Below, one piece after another: positions 9,565-20,071 of a DNA stretch of 64,000 nt. The notes under the pieces were generated by a model, which did no database searches, had not been told where the DNA came from, and saw only the letters and a list, made by a program, of their open reading frames with translations. The translations under genes and the position numbers were made by a program. This DNA comes from an uncultured bacterium (GTDB lineage: Bacteria; Patescibacteriota; Minisyncoccia; Phycocordibacterales; Phycocordibacteraceae), in contig CAWKPH010000001.1 in assembly GCA_963851445.1 (NCBI GenBank), positions 159,943 through 223,942 of the forward strand, given 5' to 3'. The first letter of the stretch is position 1. Each line of letters opens with the position of its first letter.

Positions 9565-12345
9565 CTATGAATGAAGAAGGTGGTTGAGTGTCTGAATGAG
9601 CTCCGCAATACCAGCTCCGACCGAAGCAAGGAGTGTAGAGCGATTGAGGGTAGTGCTTTCGGAAACGAGAGTTGTTGGTGCAGTCACACCGTAATTAGCA
9701 GCAGGGGTGCCAGGTGTCGGTGTGACGTTGAACTCATAGCTGGTCGGCTTAAAACCTGGGAGGTACGAGAGCAGATTCGGATCCGCGGTGTTATTCGACC
9801 AATTAGGTTCGGCGTTGTTATCGAAGACTTGTGCACCATTTACACAATTGGCGGTGTTGTTGTTTGAAGGCACAAGGTTATGGGTGAATTTAGCACTTGG
9901 TTCCTCTTGAAATAAGTACGGGACAATATTGTTTTCCACCGATACTGCTGGTGTGGAAGTGACCCCACAATTAGCATCTCCCACAGCTATCCATATTTGT
10001 CCGTCGTTACCACTTATATTTGTGCCGTCATCAAGAATAGTGTTATTCGCTACGATACCGCTATCAGTATCAAGCAATCCAACACCCCAGTATGAGCTCG
10101 TGATTATAGTGTTATCAAGAACTTGCACATTGTTCCAGACAATGCCGAGGGTGTCGAAAACATCAATCCCCTGGAGATTTCCTGGAAAGGCTGTAACACC
10201 CGGACTCCCGGTCGGCCCCGTCTGGCGTATGACGGTGTTGCCGCTGATGAGGACATTGCTATGCGCTTCAACAGGGGCGCCGTATCCTGTAAAGCCTTGG
10301 AAGGCGTCGTTGTGGTTGCTGTCACCAATGTAGTTGCTGTTGGTAAAGGTATTATTGGTCATGAACTGATTATTGTATCCAGTGTAGTCGAGTGCATCGT
10401 CGCCAAAGTCGTTGAGAGTGTTGCCGGAGAAGAGGCTGTTGTCGATGCCAAAGAAGATGCCAGCATCTACATTGGAGATCGCGTTATTTGTCACCTCAAC
10501 ACAACCCGAACCGCTGTATTCGCCCATATTCATATCCAATCCATTCGCCATTTGGTTTTGCCACTGCGTCGTGGTCCAGCCCTGAGAGCTGTCGACGGTA
10601 TTGATGGTATTGCCATCAAGGATGATATCGGTTACGGGGAGTGATTGACCATTGGGGTTTATATGCACAATCCACGCATAGGGCGCCGCTTCTGGTCCCG
10701 TTTGAATCTTGAGGCCATGGATATACCAGTGGCTAGCACCGTTCACGGTGAGTGTGTGGAGAATTGGTGTCTGCCCAGGAGCTGCTTCAAGGCCGATAAA
10801 ACCGCTGTTAACATTCGTAATGGTGACGTCGCCGTAGTTACCGGATTCGAGATAGATGACGTCGCCAGGTTGAACAGGGCCCGAGCCCCCGACCTCGGTT
10901 GCAAGCACGGTTGCAAGCGAAGTCCATGGGTTGCTTTGCGAGCCGTTTTGTCCAACTGATGAAGCTGTGGGATTCACATAAAAAGCAGTGCTGAAAGATG
11001 ACGGAGCCGAAGGGCAATTAAGGGAACTGAAGTTCAGAATGGGAGGGGTGCTAGAAGATGAAACAGTCACCGTAGCCGACCCTGTCGCATTCCCTCCCGC
11101 TCCCGTACACGTAATCGAGTACGTGGTCGAAGTGGTTGGAGAGACTGAAGTGGAGCCACTCGTACCGCTTCCTGAGAAGCCAGTGGTGGTACACGAAGAA
11201 GCGTTTGTTGAACTCCACGTGAGGGTTGAGGATCCTCCTGAAGTTATAGAAGTTGGTGATGCAGAGAGAGAGACGGTTGGGGCTGGAGTAGCAGCATTCA
11301 CCGATATCGTAGCCGATCCTGTCGCACTTCCCCCTGCTCCTGTACACGTGACAGAGTAGGTGGTGGAGGTGGTTGGAGAGACGGTAGCTGAGCCACTGGT
11401 GCCGCTACCGCTAAAGCCGCTCGTGGTGCAGGAGGTTGCATTAGTGCTGCCCCACGTAAGGGTTGAGGACTGACCTGAGGTGATGGAGGTTGGTGAGGCG
11501 GAAAGAGAGACGGTTGGTGTCGGGGTGCTCTGAGAATTCACTGTCACGGTTGCTGAGCCTGTGGCTGAGCCTCCAGTACCTGTACAGGTGATGGCATAGG
11601 TAGTGGAAGTGGTTGGGGAGACGGAGAGACTCCCGCTCGTGCCATTTGCCGTGATGAAGTCCGTAGAGGTGCAAGAGTTAGCATTCGTTGAGCTCCAGGT
11701 GAGGGTTGAAGATCCTCCTGAAGTTATAGAGGTTGGTGATGCAGAGAGAGAGACGGTTGGTGCCGCTGGCGGGGGCGGGGTACTAGTGACGGTCACCAGC
11801 ACACTTTGGGACATACTTTTCTTGCCGCTCGAACACGTAAGGGTGTAAGTGGTAGAGAGGGCTGGGGTAACTGATAATGTACCATTGGGATTTTCTGAGC
11901 CGCTCCAACCACCGGAAGCACTACAGGACGAAGCGTTAGTTGTCGTCCACGATAGTGTGGTTCCCTGACCGGGAGCTATGTTTGTGGGAGATGCGGTAAG
12001 GGTAAGTGATATAAAGCCGGATTTTGGATTCGCCGCATTGAGCGCAGCTGCAGTAAGGGAACCGACGTACCCGGTGCCGTGCGTAAGATTAAGAGGTGTC
12101 AGTATGATATTTGCGTATGCATCCTGAAAGGCGACGACGGCTTGTTTGGTAACGTTACCAAAGAAGCCAGTTGCCACGGGATACATAAAGAACCCCTCAT
12201 CTTTAAGTATCTGTTGAAGGAGAACGACTGCATTCCCTTGTGATCCAAATTGTAATCCTGGTTCAATAGCTTGAGCTCTGGTTGGAACGGCGAAGGTGAC
12301 AAAAAAGAGAAGGAAGACAAGGGAGAAAATGAGACTCTTCTTCAT
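9565..12345 (-). CDS. Large secreted/surface protein: peptidoglycan-binding domain, four Ig/PKD-like Ser/Thr repeats, right-handed beta-helix domain
   Basis: Signal peptide MKKSLIF; LQFGSQG..V..LQ..L and TGFFG..TKQAV..FQ PG-binding motif; repeated PTVSLSASPTSITSG..STLTW; QPGDVIYL and Asn-ladder repeats. Confidence 0.8.
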   Translation of the reverse strand: MKKSLIFSLVFLLFFVTFAVPTRAQAIEPGLQFGSQGNAVVLLQQILKDEGFFMYPVATGFFGNVTKQAVVAFQDAYANIILTPLNLTHGTGYVGSLTAAALNAANPKSGFISLTLTASPTNIAPGQGTTLSWTTTNASSCSASGGWSGSENPNGTLSVTPALSTTYTLTCSSGKKSMSQSVLVTVTSTPPPPAAPTVSLSASPTSITSGGSSTLTWSSTNANSCTSTDFITANGTSGSLSVSPTTSTTYAITCTGTGGSATGSATVTVNSQSTPTPTVSLSASPTSITSGQSSTLTWGSTNATSCTTSGFSGSGTSGSATVSPTTSTTYSVTCTGAGGSATGSATISVNAATPAPTVSLSASPTSITSGGSSTLTWSSTNASSCTTTGFSGSGTSGSTSVSPTTSTTYSITCTGAGGNATGSATVTVSSSSTPPILNFSSLNCPSAPSSFSTAFYVNPTASSVGQNGSQSNPWTSLATVLATEVGGSGPVQPGDVIYLESGNYGDVTITNVNSGFIGLEAAPGQTPILHTLTVNGASHWYIHGLKIQTGPEAAPYAWIVHINPNGQSLPVTDIILDGNTINTVDSSQGWTTTQWQNQMANGLDMNMGEYSGSGCVEVTNNAISNVDAGIFFGIDNSLFSGNTLNDFGDDALDYTGYNNQFMTNNTFTNSNYIGDSNHNDAFQGFTGYGAPVEAHSNVLISGNTVIRQTGPTGSPGVTAFPGNLQGIDVFDTLGIVWNNVQVLDNTIITSSYWGVGLLDTDSGIVANNTILDDGTNISGNDGQIWIAVGDANCGVTSTPAVSVENNIVPYLFQEEPSAKFTHNLVPSNNNTANCVNGAQVFDNNAEPNWSNNTADPNLLSYLPGFKPTSYEFNVTPTPGTPAANYGVTAPTTLVSESTTLNRSTLLASVGAGIAELIQTLNHLLHS
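11050..12010 (-). repeat. Intragenic tandem ~240-bp repeats encoding ~80-aa Ig-like modules
   Basis: Near-identical DNA gagggttga.gatcctcctgaagttataga.gttggtgatgcagagagagagacggttgg at 11221-11280 and 11701-11760; recoded copy at about 11460-11520. Confidence 0.85.
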
Positions 12346-12489
12346 GGAAATAGTGTTATGGGTACCACAGGTCAATTATAACTATCCACCCAGAATATAA
12401 CTCGGGCACTGTGTATAAGCCTTTAAGACATTTATAGGGTCCACCTCCGATCTGGCACAAATCACTGCGGTTACCTCTGTCTTGGCCAA

Positions 12490-12666
12490 TTACACTCCAA
12501 AATATTTACCGAGCTTGAACCCGGCCCAGATACCAATAAGACCGCCGATTGCGCTCAGAATGACTGAGCTAAATGAGAAAAATCCTGCGGTAGAATCCCA
12601 CAGGACTGGTAGTGTACCTCCGATTGTCGAACCAATACCAAGACCAATCCAGATGAATTTCTTCAT
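12490..12666 (-). CDS. Small two-TM Gly-rich membrane protein (58 aa)
   Basis: Below the ORF-track cutoff; MKKFIWIGLGIGSTIGGTLPVLWDSTAGFFSFSSVILSAIGGLIGIWAGFKLGKYFGV. Confidence 0.7.
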   Translation of the reverse strand: MKKFIWIGLGIGSTIGGTLPVLWDSTAGFFSFSSVILSAIGGLIGIWAGFKLGKYFGV

Positions 12667-12706
12667 TGAATATATCTTACCGCATCTAATTTATATAACC
12701 GATGTA

Positions 12707-13264
12707 TTACTGTGCGGTCGGGGCTTGCGGTGAGTTGCCGTACATCCCATACCCATTCCCTGCGGAGCTAGGCGTTGAAGAACCCATTCCCGGGTACATC
12801 ATTCTCATACCACGGAACTGACCAGGTGCTGGGGGCGTACCAGTTAGAATGCGAAACGCTGCGATAGAAGCATCGGCTTGTGGCACGCCAATAACCTCTA
12901 CTTGTTCGCCCACAGAGAGTTGGTTAAAGGTGATCATAGTTGGGGTCGAAGAAGCAGTTACGAAATTTTCTATAGTTGTGGTTGCAGTTGTCGTAACATT
13001 TTCGGTTGTACCGTTTTGGAGTGTCAGCGTGAAGCCATTATCACTAAGGACTTCAATTGAACCGGTCACGAATCCACCATACATCATATGGTGACCATAG
13101 GGAGTTGTAGAGGCGTTGCCGTTCGACATTCCAGGTCCTTGAAGATTGCGATGCCATCCAAGTGCTGCGGCGACCTGTGGGTTCGAGAATGCATACCATC
13201 CCCCGAGTGCAACGATTATTATAAGGAGACCAACGCCAATGCTTATGGATGTGGATTTTTTCAT
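12707..13264 (-). CDS. Membrane-anchored OB-fold (DUF5666-like) protein
   Basis: N-terminal TM; GSI...FTLT...TENV...LSVGEQVEVIG pattern. Confidence 0.65.
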   Translation of the reverse strand: MKKSTSISIGVGLLIIIVALGGWYAFSNPQVAAALGWHRNLQGPGMSNGNASTTPYGHHMMYGGFVTGSIEVLSDNGFTLTLQNGTTENVTTTATTTIENFVTASSTPTMITFNQLSVGEQVEVIGVPQADASIAAFRILTGTPPAPGQFRGMRMMYPGMGSSTPSSAGNGYGMYGNSPQAPTAQ

Positions 13265-13306
13265 ACGAGCGATAGATACATTGGGTTGCTATACGAAAAT
13301 TATAAA

Positions 13307-14008
13307 TTAGGATTGACTCGCATTTGATGGGGCTACGTGTGGAGTGCGTACCATAATGTTTACGCTCGTCGCACTAGCGACATTACCCGAACTATCTTTT
13401 GTACCCATAACCACTACGCGCTGACCAACCGCAAGATCACCAGCAGTGTCTACCTGGCCGTTCTTCTTGTACGTAGTCGCACCTGTAGTTGTGATGGTGA
13501 CAGTCGAGGTACCAGTCTTTGTCTTATGGGTAAGTGTAAACGTCGAGCCATCTACATTCGCAACGGTTCCAAATGAGGCATTTTGACTCGCGCTCCCATA
13601 CCAGCTCCTTCTTGCAGTCGCAGTACGAACAGGGATACCGTCATGGACTGTCGTTGCAGTAACTGAATTACCGCTCACCGTACCTTGCACCGCAACCATA
13701 TCGTTCACCGCAATGTTTGAAAGCGCAAGTGTGGTCTCGTTCTTCCCAAACCCCTTTTCTATACTTGCATTGGTTGCATCAACGCTGTAAGCGGTACCCT
13801 TACTAGTAGTAACTGTAAGCGTGGGGCCATTAATAGCTGAGACCGTGCCAATGACCACGGGGCGCGTACCTTTGTGTATAAAACGGCCGCTATAGGCGGA
13901 AGAAATGACATTGGTGGTTGCCGCAAACGCAGGAATACCTATGAGAAGGGTTATCACGGTTGCACCACCTACAAATAATGCTTGAGTTTTGCTGATCTTT
14001 TTGTTCAT
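13307..14008 (-). CDS. Secreted protein with two DUF5666-like OB-fold repeats
   Basis: Signal peptide; two GTV..(I/V).G.T(L/F)T(V/L)...(I/L)AV...V.V.G repeats. Confidence 0.7.
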   Translation of the reverse strand: MNKKISKTQALFVGGATVITLLIGIPAFAATTNVISSAYSGRFIHKGTRPVVIGTVSAINGPTLTVTTSKGTAYSVDATNASIEKGFGKNETTLALSNIAVNDMVAVQGTVSGNSVTATTVHDGIPVRTATARRSWYGSASQNASFGTVANVDGSTFTLTHKTKTGTSTVTITTTGATTYKKNGQVDTAGDLAVGQRVVVMGTKDSSGNVASATSVNIMVRTPHVAPSNASQS

Positions 14009-14127
14009 GAGGTCAATAGTTACTGCACGAGCGTTCGTCAAAGCCCTGATTTACGTTCCACTATATGAGGGTCCTTTCACTATATACGTATGGTTCTCCA
14101 TGAGCGTTGCATGGCATACTTATTTAT

Positions 14128-14589
14128 ATGGAAGATACGAATGATATCCCCCGCACGTACTCAGCCGGCGGCATAGTGCTCGGTACGGCAGGCCAAGTGG
14201 TACTCGTGCAAGGAAAGAATGGCAACGGAGCATGGTTATTTCCGAAAGGCCATATAGAGGAGGGCGAAACAAAGGAGGAAGCTGCTCGGCGTGAAATTCA
14301 AGAAGAAACTGGCCTCAAGAATTTAGAGTATGTTGGCGAACTCGGGAGTTTTGAGCGACATCCTATCAATAAAGATGGTACCTACCGAATTAGTGAAATA
14401 AAGGTTATGTATATGTTCCTCTTTTTTGCAGAAGAGGGCGCAATTCTCGCGCCAGAAATGCCTGAGGAAATCGGGGAGGCTCGCTGGTTTCCGTATCGTG
14501 AACTTGCAAATCATATTGGGAACGAGAAGGAACGGGTCTGGTATGCCTCGGTCTTTGATCGTGTACGTGAAGCGATCCAACGCGACTGA
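14128..14589 (+). CDS. NUDIX hydrolase (Ap4A hydrolase-like)
   Basis: SAGGIV, WLFPKGHIEEGETKEEAARREIQEETGL Nudix box. Confidence 0.9.
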   Translation: MEDTNDIPRTYSAGGIVLGTAGQVVLVQGKNGNGAWLFPKGHIEEGETKEEAARREIQEETGLKNLEYVGELGSFERHPINKDGTYRISEIKVMYMFLFFAEEGAILAPEMPEEIGEARWFPYRELANHIGNEKERVWYASVFDRVREAIQRD

Positions 14590-14604
14590 TTCAAGAAATC
14601 AGCT

Positions 14605-15789
14605 TTAGCGAACTGCTTTCGCGACTGCAGGAACTACACGCTTATCGAGGTTATCGGGAAGGATCTTATTCGCACTTGGCTTTGGTACAAGCTGTGCAAG
14701 TGCTTTCGCCGCACGCAGTTTCGTTTCGTTCGTAATCTTATGAATTCCTCTATCAAGAGCACCGCGAAAGACACCCGGAAATACCAGCGAGTTATTGATT
14801 TGATTTGGAAAGTCCGAGCGACCGGTTGCAATGACCGCAGCTCCTGCACGCTCGGCATCGCTAGGCATGATTTCTGGCAGCGGGTTTGCAAGTGCGAATA
14901 CAATCGCCTTACCGGCCATAACCTTGATATGGCTAGGCGTTAGGAGACCTGGACCGGAAACGCCTATGAAAACGTCCGCTTCAATAAGGGCGTCCATCAG
15001 ATCTCCTGAAACAACACGGGGGTTTGTCGTTTCCGCCACTTCTTGCTTAATGGTTGGTAGATCCTTGCGTCCTTGATTAATGATGCCCTGGCGATCCGTC
15101 ATGATGATGTCCTTAATACCCGCGATCGTGAGCAGTTTCATGATTGCGATTCCCGCAGCGCCTGTTCCTGAAATTACTACTCGTAGCTTCTTAAAATCTT
15201 TCTTCACAACTTTGGCAGCATTCATGAGGCCTGCAAGCACCACGATTGCCGTACCGTGCTGATCGTCATGCATGACAGGAATATCGAGTGCTTCAATAAG
15301 GCGACGTTCAATTTCAAAACAATTCGGAGCCGCGAAATCCTCGAGATTTATACCGCCAAATCCTGGCGCAATTGCGATGATCGTCTGTACGATCTCATCG
15401 ATATTCTGTGTTGAGAGTACGATTGGCCACGCATCGATATTTGCGAGTTCTTTGAAAATAAGTGCCTTCCCTTCCATAACGGGTAATGCGCCGTAGGGAC
15501 CTATGTTTCCTAGACCAAGGACGGCGGAACCATCGGAGATTACTGCAACACTATTTCTTTTGAGCGAATACATCCGGGCTTCTTCTGGATGCCCTGCAAG
15601 GAACCGCGCCATCGTCGCAACGCCCGGCGTGTAATACAGGGCGAGGTCCTCCTTGTTGCGAAGCTTTACGCGTCCTTTCGTTTCAATGCGCGCACCGACC
15701 TTTTTGAATGACCCTAGGATTTTTTGCGTTCTCAACGCATTTCTTTTTGTAGCGGGTAGTACTGCTTTTTTCGGCTTCTTTTTTGGCAT
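14605..15789 (-). CDS. NAD(P)-dependent malic enzyme
   Basis: YTPGVA, SDGSAVLGLGNIG, PVMEGKA, INLED, HDDQHGTA, ALANP, TGRSDFPNQINN. Confidence 0.95.
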   Translation of the reverse strand: MPKKKPKKAVLPATKRNALRTQKILGSFKKVGARIETKGRVKLRNKEDLALYYTPGVATMARFLAGHPEEARMYSLKRNSVAVISDGSAVLGLGNIGPYGALPVMEGKALIFKELANIDAWPIVLSTQNIDEIVQTIIAIAPGFGGINLEDFAAPNCFEIERRLIEALDIPVMHDDQHGTAIVVLAGLMNAAKVVKKDFKKLRVVISGTGAAGIAIMKLLTIAGIKDIIMTDRQGIINQGRKDLPTIKQEVAETTNPRVVSGDLMDALIEADVFIGVSGPGLLTPSHIKVMAGKAIVFALANPLPEIMPSDAERAGAAVIATGRSDFPNQINNSLVFPGVFRGALDRGIHKITNETKLRAAKALAQLVPKPSANKILPDNLDKRVVPAVAKAVR

Positions 15790-15867
15790 ATGAATGGCTA
15801 GGAGTTTCTAGTATACCGTGAGGCTTTCGTTTTCCCTCCTAACCCCTAAAAAGATATACTTTACAGT

Positions 15868-18066
15868 ATGCAGTCGGATGATCCTCTCGTTAGACACTTC
15901 GCCCGACTCCGTAGCGATCAAAAAGCGGCACTTGAACGACTGGGTATTCGTACCATCCGAGACCTTTTGTATCACTTCCCCGCGCGCTATGAAGCTGCGG
16001 GCCCAACAGGCACGATCGTTAGTGCTACACCCGGAACCGATGTAACGCTTTTTGGCACAATCAGGAAGCCAGAAATGCGTAAGGCCTGGAAGAGCAGGAG
16101 GCCCATTGCTGAGGCATGGCTTGAGGATGCGTCTGGAAAGATAAAACTTATGTGGTTCAACCAGCCCTATATCGCGAAGATGCTCGCAGACGGAATGGTA
16201 GTACGTGCAAGCGGTCGCATGTCAGGAACTGCTGAGAAAATGTACCTTGCGAATCCGGAAATTGATCGGTCTCCTATTACACCCGAGGATGTGCATGACA
16301 CACTGTTCACGAAAGCCGAAGGTATTTTCGACGAAACGCTATACGCAATTTATCCAGAAAGTAAGGGGATTTCATCACTTTGGTTCCTGCATGCACTAAA
16401 GCGTGTGTTTGAAGCGCATGTGCACGAAACGATTCCCGATCCGATCCCTAAGGACATCCTTGAAAAATACAACTTGCCGATACTCGCAAGTGCCTTGGTA
16501 TGGATTCATGCGCCTCGCACAACCGATAATGCCGCAGCAGCAAGGAAGCGATTCGCTTTTGAAGAAGTGTTTATGCTCCAACTTGCTCTCGCGGAGGCAC
16601 GGCGTGAGGCCTCCCAAGAAAAAGCACTCCCGGTAACGGTCGATCGCAGAGCGATCAAGGATTTTATTTCGACCTTCCCGTTTCCACCTACCGAGGCTCA
16701 GCAGAAATCTATCGATGAGATCGTTACGGACTTCGAGAAGCCACATCCTATGCGTCGCCTGCTTGAAGGTGATGTGGGCAGCGGGAAAACTGCTGTTGCG
16801 GCAGCGACAGCGTACCTCGTCGCTACCTCGCGGCCGCCTCGAGGCTCTGTATCGACTACTGGGAAAACAGTGCTTCGCGATTCTGGCACTCTTCAAGTCG
16901 CCTATATGTGTCCAACAGAAATACTCGCAAAGCAGCATTTTTCTACCTTTGTCTCTTATTTCAAAGATCATCCCATTCCAATCGGGCTTATCACTGGCAG
17001 TGAGTGTCGCAAATTCCCCTCGAAGATTAAGCGCGAAGAATCCACGAAGATATCACGTGCACAATTCAGAAAATGGGTAGCAAATGGCGAGATCCCGATT
17101 GTTATTGGCACGCATGCACTTATTCAGAAATCGCTTGAGTTTAAAACACTTGCGTACGCGATCATCGATGAGCAACATCGCTTTGGAAAAGTCGCGCGTC
17201 ATCACCTTGCACAAAAGAACGGACTCTGGCCACATCTCCTTTCCATGACTGCTACCCCTATCCCGCGCACGCTTGCTCTCACCATTTATGGAGATCTCGA
17301 CCTTTCTCTACTCGACCAAATGCCTCTAGGTCGTAAACCAATCATTACCGAGGTCTTAGGTCCCGAAAAACGAGAGCGTGCCTATGAGCGTGTGCGTGAA
17401 GAAATGAAAAAAGGACACCAAGCATATGTCATCTGTCCACGCATCAATGAACCTGATCCGATGAAAGAGCTCGCCATCCAGGCGAAGTCAGTGAAGGCCG
17501 AGGCGGAACGACTTAGGAAAGAGGTATTCCCCGAAGCCACCATTGGCATACTTCATAGCAAAATGACTCCTGCAGAAAAGGAAATGGCTATGAACAAGTT
17601 CGAGAATGGCGAGACAAATATTCTTGTTGCAACGTCAGTCGTGGAGGTCGGTGTAAATGTACCAAATGCGACCGTCATACTGATTGAAGGAGCCGAACGT
17701 TTCGGTCTTTCGCAACTACATCAACTACGGGGTCGCGTTATTCGTTCAAACAACCAAGCATATTGTTTCGTGCTGCCAGAAAAATTAGGGCTCCAGACTA
17801 GAGATCGACTCAAGGCGCTCACAACTGCGAAAAATGGTTTTGAACTGGCCGAATACGATCTTGCACTACGAGGTGCCGGTGAATTCTATGGCGCGCGGCA
17901 ATGGGGTATATCTGACATCACCATGGAAGCAATCAAGAATTTGAAGCTAGTAGAAGCAGCGCGTACAGAATCTGCCAAGCTTATTAAGGATGATCCGACA
18001 CTCGCGAAGCATCCACTCCTACGTGTGCTGCTTGTCGGCAAAGCAGAAAAAATTCATATTGAGTAA
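15868..18066 (+). CDS. recG: ATP-dependent DNA helicase RecG
   Basis: Wedge domain WFNQPY, GDVGSGKT, DEQHRFG, MTATPIPRTL, GLSQLHQLRGRV. Confidence 0.97.
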   Translation: MQSDDPLVRHFARLRSDQKAALERLGIRTIRDLLYHFPARYEAAGPTGTIVSATPGTDVTLFGTIRKPEMRKAWKSRRPIAEAWLEDASGKIKLMWFNQPYIAKMLADGMVVRASGRMSGTAEKMYLANPEIDRSPITPEDVHDTLFTKAEGIFDETLYAIYPESKGISSLWFLHALKRVFEAHVHETIPDPIPKDILEKYNLPILASALVWIHAPRTTDNAAAARKRFAFEEVFMLQLALAEARREASQEKALPVTVDRRAIKDFISTFPFPPTEAQQKSIDEIVTDFEKPHPMRRLLEGDVGSGKTAVAAATAYLVATSRPPRGSVSTTGKTVLRDSGTLQVAYMCPTEILAKQHFSTFVSYFKDHPIPIGLITGSECRKFPSKIKREESTKISRAQFRKWVANGEIPIVIGTHALIQKSLEFKTLAYAIIDEQHRFGKVARHHLAQKNGLWPHLLSMTATPIPRTLALTIYGDLDLSLLDQMPLGRKPIITEVLGPEKRERAYERVREEMKKGHQAYVICPRINEPDPMKELAIQAKSVKAEAERLRKEVFPEATIGILHSKMTPAEKEMAMNKFENGETNILVATSVVEVGVNVPNATVILIEGAERFGLSQLHQLRGRVIRSNNQAYCFVLPEKLGLQTRDRLKALTTAKNGFELAEYDLALRGAGEFYGARQWGISDITMEAIKNLKLVEAARTESAKLIKDDPTLAKHPLLRVLLVGKAEKIHIE

Positions 18067-18071
18067 TTTCT

Positions 18072-18971
18072 TTAGGTAAACACGAACCTAAGAAGAGCCA
18101 TTCTGATGAGTACGCCATATTTTGCTTGCTTGAAATATGCTGCTTTTGGAGATGCGTCGACTTCCGGAGCTATCTCATCGACGCGCGGCAGCGGATGCAT
18201 GATGATCGACTTCGGTTTCATCATGTCTGCCTGCTTCATCGTGATGATGTATCTTCCTTTGTGTTTTTCATAGCTTTCGATATCCGGAAATCGTTCCTTC
18301 TGAATGCGTGTCTGGTATATCACATCAACTTTTCCCAGTGTGCTTTCGAGGTCTTCAACTTCCGTATAGGGCACCTTGTGCCTTTCTAGATATTCTTTTA
18401 TATCCTCACCGACAGCGAGTTCTCGAGGCGAGACGAAGAGAATTGTGATCCCGGTATATTTGCCTAAAAGATACGCTAATGATCTTACTGTCCTGCCATT
18501 CTTCAGATCTCCCACAAATGCGACCGTGAGGTTATCCAAGCGGCCGAGCTCGCGTTGTATCGTGTAGAGATCGAGGAGCGCTTGCGTCGGATGCTGTCCG
18601 GGCCCATCTCCGGCATTGATGATGGGGGTAGCAGAAATTTTTGCGGCGCGCTCACACGCTCCAATCTCGTTGTGACGCATGACGATGACGTCGGCATAGT
18701 AATTAATGACTGCGATCGAATCTTCGAGTGTCTCTCCTTTTGCTGCAGATGAGAACTCCCGAGCGTTCTCGGTCGTAATGACGCTTCCTCCGAGACGGAG
18801 CATCGCTGACTCGAAAGAAAACCGAGTTCTGGTGCTCGGTTCGTAAAAGAGGGAGGCCATGATCTTGCCTTTCATCGAATCATCGTGTGCGGTCTCAAGA
18901 TAAGTCGCATCGGTGAAGATCCTCTTGATGTCCTCGCATGATAGGTCTTGTGAATAAACGATGTGTCTCAT
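18072..18971 (-). CDS. pyrB: Aspartate carbamoyltransferase
   Basis: FYEPSTRTRFSF, NAGDG..QHPTQALLD, MHPLPR. Confidence 0.97.
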   Translation of the reverse strand: MRHIVYSQDLSCEDIKRIFTDATYLETAHDDSMKGKIMASLFYEPSTRTRFSFESAMLRLGGSVITTENAREFSSAAKGETLEDSIAVINYYADVIVMRHNEIGACERAAKISATPIINAGDGPGQHPTQALLDLYTIQRELGRLDNLTVAFVGDLKNGRTVRSLAYLLGKYTGITILFVSPRELAVGEDIKEYLERHKVPYTEVEDLESTLGKVDVIYQTRIQKERFPDIESYEKHKGRYIITMKQADMMKPKSIIMHPLPRVDEIAPEVDASPKAAYFKQAKYGVLIRMALLRFVFT

Positions 18972-18978
18972 TGCTATA

Positions 18979-20049
18979 TCACGAGAATGTCGCCTTCACT
19001 TCTTGTGCAAGATTGGGGTTCCACATCGCACCGGTCGCTGACATGACGATATCTGCACCAGCCTCGCGGTACTCCTGAAAATCGGCCGTCGTCGTTACGC
19101 CGCCGACACCGATAATAGTGAAGTCAAGATTGAGTTCTTCACGAAGTGCCTTTAGTTTCTTCGCCATGGTAGTTCCCGCCCACTTGATCGAATGGCCGCA
19201 AACGCCGCTACGCAGTCTCCCTTCACCTGGTAGTGCCTGATTCCCCTCCGCATCGACAATCTCGGCCGCAATGGTATTTATCGCAGAAATTCCATCCACG
19301 ATTGGTCCCACTTTTGCGACAAAATCCCTAAGCGCATCGTCATCTTTGTAATAGGCGGTCTTCACGATGAGCGGCAAATCGCCAACTTCGTTTTTAATAG
19401 CGTCCGCTACGACGGCGCTTCGATCGATATCAAAACACAGGAGATGCGCTGTTCCCTCATTCGGACAGCTAAGATTCACTTCTATGACTTTGACGCCCGT
19501 CTCTTTGAGCAATCGCGCTGCTAATCGGAAATCATCGATATAACTCTCGACATCCCCGTCCACAGTCTTCGTTCCTTGGAAACCGCCTACGACGATCTGT
19601 CCGGGGCGCGTATTCTTGACGACACGAGCCAAATCCTCCTGCCAGAATTCTGGATCTTGCGACGGAACACCAAAAGAGTTCGTGATCGAAAGCGGCTCAT
19701 GATAGTTGTGGTTCGCGACCAACCTCCCGCTTGCCATTTCAAGCGTGAGGTCTCCAGGAATATCAACGGATAGGACGTTGGGCCATGGGTGACAAGGATG
19801 GGCTTTTGTGCGAACGGTTTTGTACGTCGCGATATCGAAACCTTTGTCGAGGGCTGCTTGAACAAAATTACCGTTGAGGAGCGGTCCTGCTGGGATTCCG
19901 AATGGCATATGAATCTTGTACCCAAAGAAATCATAGCGAGGATCTGTCTTGTCACTTAGCGCTTGTCCATTACCGAAATCACCAAAAGGGCCTTCTTTAA
20001 GATTTTCTTCGTAGGACTTTTCTGGATCGAAAAAGGGTTTGTGCAGCAT
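18979..20049 (-). CDS. pyrD: Dihydroorotate dehydrogenase-like FMN enzyme
   Basis: PFGIPAGP, YKT, NLSCPN, AINT, IIGVGGV; lies between pyrC and pyrB. Confidence 0.8.
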   Translation of the reverse strand: MLHKPFFDPEKSYEENLKEGPFGDFGNGQALSDKTDPRYDFFGYKIHMPFGIPAGPLLNGNFVQAALDKGFDIATYKTVRTKAHPCHPWPNVLSVDIPGDLTLEMASGRLVANHNYHEPLSITNSFGVPSQDPEFWQEDLARVVKNTRPGQIVVGGFQGTKTVDGDVESYIDDFRLAARLLKETGVKVIEVNLSCPNEGTAHLLCFDIDRSAVVADAIKNEVGDLPLIVKTAYYKDDDALRDFVAKVGPIVDGISAINTIAAEIVDAEGNQALPGEGRLRSGVCGHSIKWAGTTMAKKLKALREELNLDFTIIGVGGVTTTADFQEYREAGADIVMSATGAMWNPNLAQEVKATFS

Positions 20050-20071
20050 GCTGGTGGTTAGCGAATTATCT

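Noticed and set aside
11050-12010. Possible CRISPR or DGR-type repeat array
   Set aside because: Repeats are in-frame ~240-bp protein modules with synonymous variation; there are no spacers, cas genes or reverse transcriptase.
9420-14050. Genomic island integrated at tRNA-Ser
   Set aside because: No integrase and no duplicated tRNA 3' end seen in the window.
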